Assembly (NCBI GenBank): GCA_002269645.1
Contig: NIVC01003532.1
Location: forward strand, 28,636-92,635
Source: Macrostomum lignano
Lineage: Eukaryota
Reading direction: 5' to 3'
DNA length: 64,000 nt
In this document: piece after piece, positions 34,631 to 47,107 of the stretch
How positions within the stretch are numbered: the first letter of the stretch is position 1
Layout of the letters: the number at the start of each line of letters is the position of its first letter
Translations under genes and position numbers: made by a program
Notes under the pieces: generated by a model
Databases searched by the model: none
What the model was told of the DNA's origin: nothing
The model's input: the letters and a program-made list of their open reading frames with translations, nothing else

Positions 34631-36086
34631 AGGCTGTGTAGTTTTTTAGCACTAGGTAAAACGTTGCACGAATTGTTTTCCATAGAAACAATAACTGTTG
34701 GATTGTTAGCGCATAATGGGGCGGAATCAAAGAGAAGAATAATTAGTGAGTTTTTTGGATCCTTACTAGCAGTTTTTTGTAGGCAAGTCATCTTCAAGTT
34801 GAGACCTTGTCACAATTTATTTTAACAAGTTTTTGATTTCATAGTCGCTTAGTCGCTTAATGACATTTATGCTACTTTTCAGTTTGGTTTTTCCTTGCAA
34901 ATAGATTCATCGCTTCAGATAGCAAGAATACCATATTTTTAATTTATCGCATCTATTTATAGCATTTGTGACATTAATACTTACATTAGTTGGTTTTCAT
35001 CTTTCTGTGCAATATTATTACTGCGTAATGTATAATGCACTTGTACATTACTTGTACATTACTTGTACATTACTTGTACATTAGTTCGTATAATTTTGTC
35101 ATATGTACGTAGGATAAGCGTTTACGAGTATTTAGACGTCACCGTGTGGATATTCAGTGGATCTATCATCGATGCAAGCACCCACGCCTAATCGGTAACT
35201 TCTACACCATTACCTTCAATTTCATTCAAGTTCCAATTCACGTTGCACAATCGGAAGCTCAACTTCGACACTTCTAGCTCTGGATAACAATCTATATTCA
35301 TTTAAGACAAACTCCTTTTTAATATCGATAGAAAGCACAAATTTGTATGGGGAAGAAAGCCTATATGTTGTTGGCACTGCCAAAACTCCTTTTCATTTTT
35401 GTCAAACTCCAATTCATATCAAAAAAATTTTTGACGCAACTTCTATGAACTCTGATCAAAGTTCGTCAAAGTACTCCAACATCGTTTATCTACACCCACT
35501 TTCGTCGGGTTCCATTCCATGTCTTTTAAAGCCGTTTATTTTCGTAGCAAAAAGGTAGCATGGCTAGAAGTGTCGAAGTTAAGCCATGGCAACAGTACGT
35601 GCCATTGTACGTGTACATTCATACCCATGCGTAATCTGATGTGTTCATACTGAATATTGCCCTTTTTTACAGTGTACTGCAACGCAAGCATTGAAGAATG
35701 AACGTCATTATATACGCTCGTATTTCATAAGGTTTTCAGCTTAATACATCATTTTTAACCTGTTGCATATGCAGCTTATTTTGCTGGCCTTGCATCAGAC
35801 GTTGCAGACCGATTTTGTTAAGTTTTATGTATCTGCTATTGCTTTAAAGTTCTTACTAGCTTTTGTTACCAAACTGGTGTTTCTTATTTAAACTAAATGA
35901 TTTCCAAGAGTTTGGAGCAAATGAGGCTTCATACTCAATTTACCACTTAATCAAGGACTTGACCAAGTGACTGTCGAAATAGCACAAATAAGGCTGGTTT
36001 ACTTCACACTTTTGCCAGAATATTCGCTGGTCAAATATTGCTCAAAACTTTATGTTGGCCTTTAATCAAATCATAAGTATAACTGT

Positions 36087-37450
36087 AGCCCAATTAGTCG
36101 GCCATCAAATCACAGGTACAATAGTTGCTGTACCCCAATTAGTCAGCCATCAAATCACAGGTACAATTGTTGCTGTACCCCAATTAGTCAGCCATCAAAT
36201 CACAGGTACAATTGTTGCTGTACCCCAATTAGTCGGCCATCAAATCACAGGTACAATTGTTGCTGTACCCCAATTAGTCAGCCATCAAATCACAGGTACA
36301 ATTGTTGCTGTACCCCAATTAGTCAGCCATCAAATCACAGGTACAATTGTTGCTGTACCCCAATTAGTCGGCCATCAAATCACAGGTACAATTGTTGCTG
36401 TACCCCAATTAGTCAGCCATCAAATCACAGGTACAATTGTTGCTGTACCCCAATTAGTCGGCCATCAAATCACAGGTACAATTGTTGCTGTACCCCAATT
36501 AGTCAGCCATCAAATCACAGGTACAATTGTTGCTGTACCCCAATTAGTCAGCCATCAAATCACAGGTACAATTGTTGCTGTACCCCAATTAGTCAGCCAT
36601 CAAATCACAGGTACAATTGTTGCTGTACCCCAATTAGTCAGCCGTCAAATCACAGGTACAATTGTTGCTGTACCCCAATTAGTCAGCCATCAAATCACAG
36701 GTACAATTGTTGCTGTACCCCAATTAGTCAGCCATCAAATCACAGGTACAATAGTTGCTGTACCCCAATTAGTCAGCCATCAAATCACAGGTACAATTGT
36801 TGCTGTACCCCAATTAGTCAGCCATCAAATCATAGGTACAATTGTTGCTGTACCCCAATTAGTCGGCCATCAAATCACAGGTACAATAGTTGCTGTACCC
36901 CAATTAGTCAGCCATCAAATCACAGGTATTGTTGCTGTACCCCAATTAGTCAGCCATCAAATCACAGGTACAATTGTTGCTGTACCCCAATTAGTCAGCC
37001 ATCAAATCACAGGTACAATTGTTGCTGTACCCCAATTAGTCGGCCATCAAATCACAGGTACAATTGTTGCTGTACCCCAATTAGTCAGCCATCAAATCAC
37101 AGGTACAATAGTTGCTGTACCCCAATTAGTCAGCCATCAAATCACAGGTACAATTGTTGCTGTACCCCAATTAGTCAGCCGTCAAATCACAGGTACAATT
37201 GTTGCTGTACCCCAATTAGTCAGCCGTCAAATCACAGGTACAATTGTTGCTGTACCCCAATTAGTCAGCCGTCAAATCACAGGTACAATTGTTGCTGTAC
37301 CCCAATTAGTCAGCCGTCAAATCACAGGTACAATTGTTGCTGTACCCCAATTAGTCAGCCGTCAAATCACAGGTACAATTGTTGCTGTACCCCAATTAGT
37401 CAGCCGTCAAATCACAGGTACAAGTAACTGTACCCCAATTAGTAGGCCAT
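36087..37450. repeat. 45-bp minisatellite, about 30 units (GGTACAATTGTTGCTGTACCCCAATTAGTCAGCCATCAAATCACA)
   Basis: Direct reading. Confidence 0.95.
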
Positions 37451-38289
37451 AAAATAACAAATACAAGTAACTATACCCTAATTAGTCAGCCATAAAATCG
37501 CAGGTAAGATTGACAGTCTGCACCCAAGTATTCAGCCTTTGTATCACAGGTACAAGTGGTATTGGAGTACACTAAAGGCAATTGAAGGCATGTACTAAAG
37601 GCTTTTTCTGCTGCAAAATCAGCTGCTTTTGTGGTTTATCCTGCAAAAACCCCGTTTGCCAACTCTGCAAGCACGCGGAATTAAAGAGCATGGGAGAGCA
37701 GTTTGTTACCAGACTGTAGAGAAATCCAATGTAAATCAAATCACTCTAGATCTCTGGTGATTACGCAGTAATGCCTGTTCTGTAATTTTATAAATCGTGG
37801 ATGAGAAGTCCAGATTTTACGGTTTTATTGGCTGGGTTGATGGGTAGTGCCCGATTTCTAACTGACTTGCCTATTGATTAGGAAATAATTACAGTATATC
37901 AAATACGTAACAATATTTGCTCTATATTTATTGCAATATAAGAGTTCACTCTCTTCTCTTATGTCTCCTCTTTTTCTCACTTCTCTCTCATCTCTACTGC
38001 TCTCTCTGTGCGACCCCATATTCACAAGCTTCTTAATGTGCTACCCGTGGATTTTGAACCGCTGAATTCCAATCCCAGTCCAATTTCAATTCCAATTCCA
38101 CTTCCAATCCCAGGAACTGTTTTTGCATACATATTTAAATTTGAAATCTTATATTTTAACAAAAAACTTGTTGAGATGGAGGTAAACAAAAATGAAGTGA
38201 ATTCGTGTTAAATTAAGATATTTGAGGCGAGCATTGATCTCATCAGCTGGGGTACAGTTACCTCTTCAAACTCTGACCTCTGGCTTCTG

Positions 38290-38850
38290 CCTCTCTCCAT
38301 CACTAAGGTCCCTTGAAACTTCTCTGTTCTCTTCTCTCTTCTCTCTCTCCTGTCTTCTGTCTCATCTCTTCTTTCTTCTCGTTCTTATCTCCTTTCTTTT
38401 CTCATCTATCATCTACATGTATTTCGTCCTCCTCCCTCTCTTCCCTCCTCTCTCTGCTCTCTTATCTCCTCGCTGCTCTCATCTCTGCTCTCATCTCTCC
38501 TCTCTGCTCTCTCCTCTCTCCTCTCTCTCTTCTTTTTTCTTCTCTTATCTCTTTCTCTCGTCTCTGCTCTTTCCTCTCTCCTCTCTCTCCTTTTTTCTCT
38601 CATCTCTTCACTCTCTTTTCTCTCGTCTCTGCTCTCTGCTCTCTCATCTCTCATCCCTACTCTCTCCTCTCTTCTCTTCTCTCTAGTCTCTCTAGTCTCT
38701 CCTCTCTTCTCTTCTCTCTAGTCTCTCTAGTCTCTCCTTTCTTCTCTCTCTCTTTGCTCTCCCATCTTCTATCTCTAATCTCGTCCTCTCTCATCTCTCC
38801 TTGCTCCGCTCTCTCATCTCTTCCCTCTTCTCTTCCCTCTCTCCCCCTTT
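38290..38850. repeat. CT-rich low-complexity tract
   Basis: Almost purely C/T sequence. Confidence 0.9.
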
Positions 38851-38869
38851 CTTTCCAATCGACTATCCG

Positions 38870-39950
38870 GCCTGGTGGAGGAATTCAGGACCGGCTGGCT
38901 CGTAGGCATCCGGTGGGCAGCTAACAAGATCGGCAGAGCCTGGAGCCCCCGCATTCTTGACTGTGTGATGGAACGCCTGCACACCCACGGATTCAAGGCA
39001 CTGGCCGACTGTCTGAGTCAACTGCATGGCTACGCAGCTCCCGGCGACACCGCTTTCCCAAACGTTGACTGCTGCCCCGCCTCGGAGAGGCGTCCCTCCC
39101 CGTGACCGATTCTGTTGTGCTACAGATACGGTCACTGCTGAGGTCACTGACCCCAGACCACCAGCCACCACCAGGAAGCGACCCCCATCGGGGTTTTATG
39201 AGTCAATGAGCCTGGAACAGCCACTAAAGACTGCCAGGAGCTTCCCTGAGAATCCGAGAATTCCCAAAGTCATCTTCCACGGCGGCTCAAAGATGAACTG
39301 GCACCTGAGATCGAGACAGACGCCCACCCTGGTGATCGCGGACCAAAACGTGGAGTTCGTGAAACCCGCCTCTCAGGACTTGGACGTGCACTGCTTTCCC
39401 GGCCTCACGCTGGACTATCTCAAAAATATCTGCAGAGTCGAGAACGCGAGTCCGCCACGAGCCGCATCATCATCTGGGCCGGCTACAATGACCTCCGCCG
39501 CCAGAGCTTCGACCTTTCCGTCGCCAGGCTCTGGAAGGCGAGCTTCACCAACCTAAGGAAGGCCTTCCCCAACGCGGAAATCTGGGCTGTGCAGGTGGAC
39601 TGTACCCCGGACGCATCCGACGCGACCGCATCAGCCTGGACAGGCAGTCGGCCGCTGACACTGAACGAGCAGAGACTATTTGAGCGCGGCCAATCCTTCG
39701 TGGTGTCCTCTCCTGCACCCCGGTGGAGTCCTTGGCCTCTGGCATCAGCGACTTCGGCCAGCGGCTCGCGGTTTCGGCAGTTCGGGGCTTCAGGCGTCAA
39801 CTGGCGACAGACCCGAGACTCAAGCGATGCTGCAAGAGCTGCAAGAGCTGGATGGAATTCGAGACGACATCAAAGACTGCAGGAACGCTCCAAACATCAG
39901 CGACGCGGAGGCGAAGGCCCTGTGGGACCTACATGTACGGGCTGACAAGT
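38870..39950 (+). mobile_element. Degenerate retroelement fragment: SGNH-esterase-like domain plus start of a Penelope-like RT region
   Basis: LVIADQNV...VHCFPGLTL, then after a frameshift IIIWAGYNDL...LRKAFPNAEIWAVQV (SGNH blocks). Later PNISDAEAKALWDL..VRADK resembles the PLE motif NLS..E..AL..L......KPADKG. Confidence 0.5.
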
Positions 39951-40074
39951 GTAATAATAATATAAATATACAGCAACATGAGTTCACGCTTAAATATAGC
40001 AATGTCCGTGCTTAAAAAAATTTGAGAGCTTCAGAAATGTTAAGCGCATGATGAAAAATCACGCTCAGGTGTTC

Positions 40075-40600
40075 TTACTCACCCGGTGCCACCTGTTGAA
40101 GGTGCCGACGGCGTCCGGGTAATAAATGAAGGCTCGAGAGACTAGCTGAGAATGTCTGACGGTTGATTCTTGCCCACTGTCGAGGCTTGATCGGCGAAAC
40201 TAGAGAAATCCGCATCAGGGTGTCCATACTCACCTGGTGCCACAGCTGTTGAGGGTCCAGAAGCTCCACCTGGGTGAAGGCTAGTGACCAACGAAGTCAG
40301 AAGTGATGCAGACACATGTGGTCGACGTGCTGATGAAATTTGGAGACTTGGCAAGGCTGCACTGAGGCGCAGTGCTGATTGGCGCACAGGGGTGTACTGA
40401 ATACACTAGCGCTTATGGGAAAAATCCGACCTTGTGGCAGAATCGTCGAATATCTCGACGGTCCGGAGGGCTGGCGACTTGATTCTTGTTTAAGAAGGTG
40501 CGCAACAAAAAGTTAGCCCGTGTTCTTGAATTTCGTGTGCCTGCGTTGCTCCGTTTTGGCGCAGCAAAAAAAATTGTCAGGCAGGGGGAAATTTCCCCCC
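40075..40600 (+). pseudogene. Degenerate copy of an unidentified coding-like segment (homologous to 60900-61410 minus and 24660-24800)
   Basis: Reads ...MQTHVVDVLMKFGDLARLH*...KKLARVLEFRVPALLRFGAAKK versus MQTNVIDVLMKLRDLARLHW...KKLARVLEFPVPALLQYGAAKK in the other copy; contains stops. Confidence 0.5.
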
Positions 40601-40928
40601 CCCCTCTTGGTATAGTTCTACTGTTAAGCACATGTGCCAAACTGGATTCTGCATGCCAAACACTTAATCAAGTGCTGACACTAACAAAATCTAAAATCAA
40701 GAGGATGAACACGGGACTCTGACATGGCCACAGGTAAGCATACCGTGTGCGACTACCAGTACTGAGTAAGTAGACCAGGACTGAATCGGTCGCTCACCAA
40801 ATTTAGGTTTGAAAGGCCATAACATGCTTTTATAAATATAATATTAGCATTTTAAATCCCAATTCACAACTCATCAAGATTTCTTTACGAATGACAAAAA
40901 ATCATTTCTAACCCAGAGACCGTCCCAG

Positions 40929-42917
40929 TCACCAAACGTAGATATTCTGCACTTTAAAGGTGGTCATGGACAGCAGCGAGAAGTTTCTTGAGGTGATGAA
41001 TTCTGTCACGAACTTGTAGGTTTCAGACACCTGCGGTCGCTGGCCGGGCTTCCGCCAGAACTCCATCTGCAGCGCCATGATGTTGAGCTCGCTGAGCAGC
41101 CTCTTGCCTGTCTGCATGAACAGGTGCTCACCAGACTCGATGTCCGTCTTAATGACCACATTCTTGGTGCCGATGTGCGCTCTGAGCTCGTCCGCTCTGA
41201 CGGTCATCACGGGAATCGTGTCCTCGGTTATGTTGGTGACCTGCCGCATCCAATCAGCCGACCTGTCGGAGCCGCTTCCGACGTTGCAGCCAAAGTCGTC
41301 GGCACTGTAGCTGATCCGCTGGAGCACCACGTGGTCGCTGATGAAGCCCCAGAAGAGCTTCCGCTTGTCATCAAGCAAGTTCAGCCGATTCGCTGACATC
41401 TGCAGCCTGACCAGCGCGCGAATGTTCGTATCGATGGCCACCACGGGATATCCGAGCTCTCTGGCCTTCAGGCTGTAGGTGCCAAGGCTGCTTCCGTCGT
41501 CGAGGAACGTCACCGAGTCTGTCGAAAACTTCTTCAACAGGTTGAGCATCGTCCGAATCGAAGCAGTTTCCCAGTCGTGCTTCTTCAGCATCTCCACCGA
41601 AATATATTCCTCCACACTGAAGGTGAACAGCGGCATTAGAGGGCCGCCCATCGCTCGGTTCAAATTGGCCACCGGGGCGCCCTGTCTGACAATTCTGTGC
41701 ATCTGCTGCGGCAAATTCCTGCTCAGCTCGCACAATGGAAATTTGCCGCTCACTTTCAGGTAGGCTGGCGTCTCCTGACACAGCGGCTGCTGCAGGCTCC
41801 TGCTCAGCTCGCACAATGGAAATTTGCCGCTCACTTTCAGGTAGGCTGGCGTCTCCTGACACAGCGGCTGCTGCAGGCTCCTGCTCAGCTCGCACAATGG
41901 AAATTTGCCGCTCACTTTCAGGTAGGCTGGCGTCTCCTGACACAGCGGCTGCTGCAGGCTCCTGCTCAGCTCGCACAATGGAAATTTGCCGCTCACTTTC
42001 AGGTAGGCTGGCGTCTCCTGACACAGCGGCTGCTGCAGGCTCCTGCTCAGCTCGCACAATGGAAATTTGCCGCTCACTTTCAGGTAGGCTGGCGTCTCCT
42101 GACACAGCGGCTGCTGCAGGCTCCTGCTCAGCTCGCACAATGGAAATTTGCCGCTCACTTTCAGGTAGGCTGGCGTCTCCTGACACAGCGGCTGCTGCAG
42201 GCTCCTGCTCAGCTCGCACAATGGAAATTTGCCGCTCACTTTCAGGTAGGCTGGCGTCTCCTGACACAGCGGCTGCTGCAGGCTCCTGCTCAGCTCGCAC
42301 AATGGAAATTTGCCGCTCACTTTCAGGTAGGCTGGCGTCTCCTGACACAGCGGCTGCTGCAGGCTCCTGCTCAGCTCGCACAATGGAAATTTGCCGCTCA
42401 CTTTCAGGTAGGCTGGCGTCTCCTGACACAGCGGCTGCTGCAGGCTCCTGCTCAGCTCGCACAATGGAAATTTGCCGCTCACTTTCAGGTAGGCTGGCGT
42501 CTCCTGACACAGCGGCTGCTGCAGGCTCCTGCTCAGCTCGCACAATGAAAATTTGCCGCTCACTTTCAGGTAGGCTGGCGTCTCCTGACACAGCGGCTGC
42601 TGCAGGCTCCTGCTCAGCTCGCACAATGAAAATTTGCCGCTCACTTTCAGGTAGGCTGGCGTCTCCTGACACAGCCGCTGCTGCAGGCGGGGGTTCATGA
42701 AGTCAACATTGCTGAGGTCGTTGAAGGCTGGGCAGTTTTTTATCCTCTTCACTCCGCTCAGAGTTGGCAGTGGCGTCTCTAAGGCGGTCCGGCTCTTGCG
42801 CTGTGAAAGATACGACAGTGTGATGAATGCTACCAGCGTGCCAGATAGCATTAGCAAGTGCTTCAGATTTCTCATGGCTGCAGACTTGCTGCTCTTGGCT
42901 TCAATTTTTAATCTCAA
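40929..42917 (-). CDS. Type II membrane FkbM-family (Methyltransf_21-like) methyltransferase with a 12x27-aa repeat stem
   Basis: N-terminal hydrophobic anchor LLMLSGTLVAFITLSYL. C-terminal TFLDDGSSLGTYSL..A...YPVVAID and VVIKTDIESGE...LQMEF resemble FkbM motifs. Single ORF. Confidence 0.75.
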   Translation of the reverse strand: MRLKIEAKSSKSAAMRNLKHLLMLSGTLVAFITLSYLSQRKSRTALETPLPTLSGVKRIKNCPAFNDLSNVDFMNPRLQQRLCQETPAYLKVSGKFSLCELSRSLQQPLCQETPAYLKVSGKFSLCELSRSLQQPLCQETPAYLKVSGKFPLCELSRSLQQPLCQETPAYLKVSGKFPLCELSRSLQQPLCQETPAYLKVSGKFPLCELSRSLQQPLCQETPAYLKVSGKFPLCELSRSLQQPLCQETPAYLKVSGKFPLCELSRSLQQPLCQETPAYLKVSGKFPLCELSRSLQQPLCQETPAYLKVSGKFPLCELSRSLQQPLCQETPAYLKVSGKFPLCELSRSLQQPLCQETPAYLKVSGKFPLCELSRSLQQPLCQETPAYLKVSGKFPLCELSRNLPQQMHRIVRQGAPVANLNRAMGGPLMPLFTFSVEEYISVEMLKKHDWETASIRTMLNLLKKFSTDSVTFLDDGSSLGTYSLKARELGYPVVAIDTNIRALVRLQMSANRLNLLDDKRKLFWGFISDHVVLQRISYSADDFGCNVGSGSDRSADWMRQVTNITEDTIPVMTVRADELRAHIGTKNVVIKTDIESGEHLFMQTGKRLLSELNIMALQMEFWRKPGQRPQVSETYKFVTEFITSRNFSLLSMTTFKVQNIYVW
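41717..42680. repeat. 81-bp coding tandem repeat, 12 units
   Basis: Encodes LCQETPAYLKVSGKF(P/S)LCELSRSLQQP; units near-identical. Confidence 0.95.
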
Positions 42918-43769
42918 GCTTCAAAACTCAATGCAGAGTCTCCCCCTTGCCTCATAATGCAGACCATAATTTATACTCGCGCTTATCAATGGTCTTCAGT
43001 GCAGAACTTCACAACTATTACCAATATCTCACCAGTGTAGCAAACTTTTACTATTGTTTAATTACATCACCGCTTACTATTCCTGTTGAGATTATCTCTC
43101 CTATAATATGATAATTTTACATTTATACTCCGTCACAAAATGTCTAACCTCAATAAAAAATGGGGAACGATATAGGGTCTAGAAGTCCGCAAGTAGGGTT
43201 TAGCAATCCGCTAATATAGGTCACATATAATAATAGGAACGCCAAAGCGAGGTGAGGTTAAGGAGTGCCATAAGTGAAAGTGAAAAGCTAAGGCGCATAA
43301 GTGAAACGATTAGAGATCAGTCAGTAGCGAGGACATAACTCTGATAAGAATTTAACAGCCACCCTCCAATCCAGATACCAGGCCAAGCGAGTTGATATCA
43401 ACGTCAGTCGAGTTACCGAGCAGAGCGAGTTACTGTTGACAGACGAGGTCAACAGACGCACATGGAATTTGGCCGACTCGTGAAGGAGAAGCTGCATCTC
43501 ATCCAACACTGCATGATGCCGCTTGGATCGGTGGTCTGATGTACACAAAAGATCAGAAAATGGACTCCGGGCTCTCTCGAAGCACCCTCGCTATTTACTA
43601 GAACTTTTCTGTGGAATTCCATTATTTAGTCCCACAAATACTTGAAGTTTCATTCATTTGTGCTAAAGGCACGGAAGAACTAATTAGTAACCATGCAAGC
43701 TCGATGAATAAAGGAAGCTTGATTTTCCCGACCTGTGGGATTCACCGGCCTAAAGGATAGGGCTGGGGG

Positions 43770-44290
43770 CGTCGACAAGGAGACAGAGCTGTCGACAAGG
43801 AGACAGGGGCGCCGACAAGGAGACAGGGGCTCCGACAAGGAGACAGCGGCGCCGAGAAGGAGACAGGGGCGCCGAGAAGGAGACAGGGGCGCCGACAAGG
43901 AGACAGGGGCTCCGACAAGGAGACAGGGGCGCCGAGAAGGAGACAGGGGCGCCGACAAGGAGACAGGGGCTCCGACAAGGAGACAGGGGCGCCGAGAAGG
44001 AGACAGGGGCGCCGACAAGGAGACAGGGGCTCCGACAAGGAAACAGCGGCGCCGACAAGGAGACAGGGCTGTCGACAAGGAGACAGGGACGCCGACAAGG
44101 AGACAGGGCTGTCGACAAGGAGACAGGGCTGTCGACAAGGAGACAGGGGAGATAGGGTCGCCGGCCAAGAGACAGGGCACCGGCCAAGAGACAGGGGCGC
44201 CGGCCAATTGAGACAGGGGCGCCGGCCAAGAGACAGGGGCGCCGGCCAATTGAGACAGGGGCGCCGGCCAAGAGACAGGGGCGCCCGTCA
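43770..44290. repeat. GC-rich 21-bp minisatellite (GAGACAGGGGCGCCGACAAGG)
   Basis: Direct reading. Confidence 0.9.
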
Positions 44291-45301
44291 AGACACTAAA
44301 GAGGGCTGCTGTAGCCGCTCCAATTAAAATTCCCGCGTACGCCACCGGATTAAACAACATGAATCATCAAGTGTCGCATTTTAAGCTCCGTTGCAAAAAT
44401 TGTATATTAAAATACAGTTATAGATGTAATAAAATATCAGAAGGTAATCTTCATCTGTCAGTTTATCAGCACTGACTTTCATAATCTGTCAGTTTATCAG
44501 CACTGACTCCCAAGTGTAGAAATAAATTACATAATATTACTGTAAGGCGTCAAAATGGAAACATGCAATGCAATATAATATATAATATCAACACAATACG
44601 AGTATCTGAGGTAAAGATCTTTAAAAGTTTTAAGGTTTGCATGTGATTTATTTTATACGACGCATTATCTGGCTGTCTTGTTTTAGTTTTCAATTTTCCA
44701 TCCCTAGCCAATCACAGGGAACTCCGCCTGCAGCTGTCCTGATCGATTCATCCTATATCGAAAAGATAGAATTAAAAATAAAAAAATGCTGTAAGAAAGT
44801 TCAATTCTGAAGTACATCAAGATTTCATTACATTATGCTCGTAGACTGCGGGGTACTTCATTTTCAGTTAGAAGCACAGATTCCCTGCATGAATTGCTTT
44901 CACCAATAAATTCATTTGAATCTTCAAATAAAAATACGAGTATCCAAGACCGAAAATGCCATTTAACACGCAGCTTGGACTCTCAATAAACATGGACTGC
45001 ACCTTTAGTGCGTAACGCAAGAGAAGAACTGCAAATTACAAGCATTTCCAACGATAGAATTTGAAACTTCTACTGCTTAAAAGCAAAACGTAAATTTTTT
45101 TTCTAGAAGCTAACTGCCTTGTACAGTAACGTACAGTACACATGTATATCTACTAATCAACTATTTCAGAAAAGTACAATTTTATAAAGAATACAACAAG
45201 CACTTGTGTTGTCATTACTGAAAAAAACAAAAGGCGTTTTGACGGAGCCATTGCGACCCATCACAAAGTAGAATTCACAGTCCAACTCTTGTATGAGTTC
45301 A

Positions 45302-47107
45302 TCAGTCCCGCAGGAAAAGTACACCCCGAATGAAGGCTCTGCAGATGGGGCACGTCTTCAGCGACTTGGCGCACACTGAGCAGCAGGCCACGTGACCACA
45401 GTCCAGCAGCATGATGTTCACCTCCTTGTCCATGCACACCTTGCACGTCTTCCAGTCGGTTGTGTCTCGGGGTCTCGGCTGTTGGTTCAGAGACTCCCGA
45501 ATCTGAGACATCCTGCTCTCGAAGAACGCCTCCGGGTCCTGCGACTGCTTGCGCATGCGGCGGCTCTCGGTGAGCATGAAGTCGAGGAACAGCTCCGATG
45601 TGGTAAAATCATCGCCTCGCTGTCTGAGATGCAGCTCTGTGAACAGTCTCACTTGCAGGGCGGAGAATCCGAGTTGAGTGAGCAGTCTCACAACGGGCAG
45701 GTCGGCTCTCGCTTTGATGTCTCTGGCCTCGACTCTGAACTCGACTCCAGGTGTGACTGCGAGAGCCTCGTCTGCGCGACTGCTGCGGACTGCAGTAATG
45801 GCAGCGGACCCGTCGACAGCCGCAGCACCAGCTGATGCAGTTGATTCCGTCTGTACCAATGCAGTGTGATGCTGAGCAGAGGCGCCACAAGTCGGGTGCT
45901 GCACGGGAGGCGACAGTCGGTGCACTGCCTGTACAAAGTCGCTACCTCGCTCCAACAACACGTGAGGACACCGAGGTGACCACCTGGCGTGCTCAACCCA
46001 CACATCATCGTCGCAGCTCCACTCGCTCATGCGAAGTCCGCAGCTGAAGCAGCAGGTCGCTCTCTCGGCTTCCGAGTAGAAGAAGCCCGCCTTTGCAAGC
46101 AAGTACACTGGCTGCTGAACGAGAGCCGAGTGCAGAGACTGCGACCTCGCTTGGTAGGTCTCGAACTGTGCGTGTTTGGCAGTCACACTCGATGGATCAC
46201 TCTCCAGACTGTGCTGTAGAGCGGACAGGTTCGTGAGAGCTCTCTCGGAGCACGCAGATCTCGCTACCTCACTCGACACTGGAAGCTGAGGACCCTTCAT
46301 CATGTCGAAAGCAACCAGCTTATCGTCCACAACGCGTTCTTCATTCGTTCCAATAGTTGCGCGTGTCGCCAGCGCCCACTCGTTCAGTCCAGCGAACTCC
46401 ATCGGTGGTAGCTCAGCGACCAGATTCATGCTCCAGTCTCCGTTCACCATCACTGCTGCATCATCTGCAGTCTGATCACTGCACTGCACTGCCTCTACCA
46501 GCTTTGCTGAACTCAAGACTCTTTTTGGCTCTCTGTGATCTCGAGGCACGTTGCCGACCTCGACGAACAGCACGAACGGACAGGTGGAGAAGTGGCGTCT
46601 GTGAGCCTCTCGGACCTGCTCGCCCGCCTCCCAATCCTTGAGCACACCCTTGCAGAATGCACACTTTACTCTGTCCGACTCCTGCAGGTAGAAGAATCCG
46701 TCAGCAGCCAGATCCGTCACTGACACCAGGTGAGCCGCTGTGAAGCTGGCATCTGGCAGGTGGAAGGACTGCCACCTGTTCTCCTCTCGTCTCATGTCCC
46801 ACAGGTGTTGTGGAATCGAGGCCGGCATTCCACTCGTGTCCCATTGCTGATTGCGGAAGTCCAGAGTCTGCGGCACGGAGGACGCTCTGCCACCAGGTGT
46901 GCTGTTGTTGTAGTACCGCAGCACCTTGCTCTTGCCTGTTTGGTTTCGAATCGCTGCATTGAGGTGTTCATGAAATCTTCTGCTACCCTTTAGTGCGTAA
47001 TCAACTACAATTTTTTGAAGCTCAAGTAAGAGATCCGGCTTTTTGTTTCCTTCAACGGCTTGTTTGGCGATTGTGTACGTTATTGTCTTTCTGTGTTCGT
47101 CAACCAC
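45302..47107 (-). CDS. IAP copy 5: variable N-terminus + BIR-BIR-UBA-RING; start codon uncertain
   Basis: BIR and RING motifs intact. The frame stays open upstream to a TAA near 47295 without an ATG; first in-frame ATG is the cassette-internal MPASIP. Confidence 0.8.
   Translation of the reverse strand: MVDEHRKTITYTIAKQAVEGNKKPDLLLELQKIVVDYALKGSRRFHEHLNAAIRNQTGKSKVLRYYNNSTPGGRASSVPQTLDFRNQQWDTSGMPASIPQHLWDMRREENRWQSFHLPDASFTAAHLVSVTDLAADGFFYLQESDRVKCAFCKGVLKDWEAGEQVREAHRRHFSTCPFVLFVEVGNVPRDHREPKRVLSSAKLVEAVQCSDQTADDAAVMVNGDWSMNLVAELPPMEFAGLNEWALATRATIGTNEERVVDDKLVAFDMMKGPQLPVSSEVARSACSERALTNLSALQHSLESDPSSVTAKHAQFETYQARSQSLHSALVQQPVYLLAKAGFFYSEAERATCCFSCGLRMSEWSCDDDVWVEHARWSPRCPHVLLERGSDFVQAVHRLSPPVQHPTCGASAQHHTALVQTESTASAGAAAVDGSAAITAVRSSRADEALAVTPGVEFRVEARDIKARADLPVVRLLTQLGFSALQVRLFTELHLRQRGDDFTTSELFLDFMLTESRRMRKQSQDPEAFFESRMSQIRESLNQQPRPRDTTDWKTCKVCMDKEVNIMLLDCGHVACCSVCAKSLKTCPICRAFIRGVLFLRD

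Noticed and set aside
36052-37452. 466-aa ORF (VAVPQLVSHQITGTI)n
   Set aside because: Translation of a 45-bp satellite with no independent coding evidence.
41371-42700. Three long overlapping alternative-frame ORFs
   Set aside because: By-products of a GC-rich 81-bp repeat lacking stops; only the 40929..42917 frame has an anchor and catalytic domain.
43680-44360. Multiple ORFs over the GC-rich 21-bp repeat
   Set aside because: Stop-free minisatellite in several frames; no domain signal.
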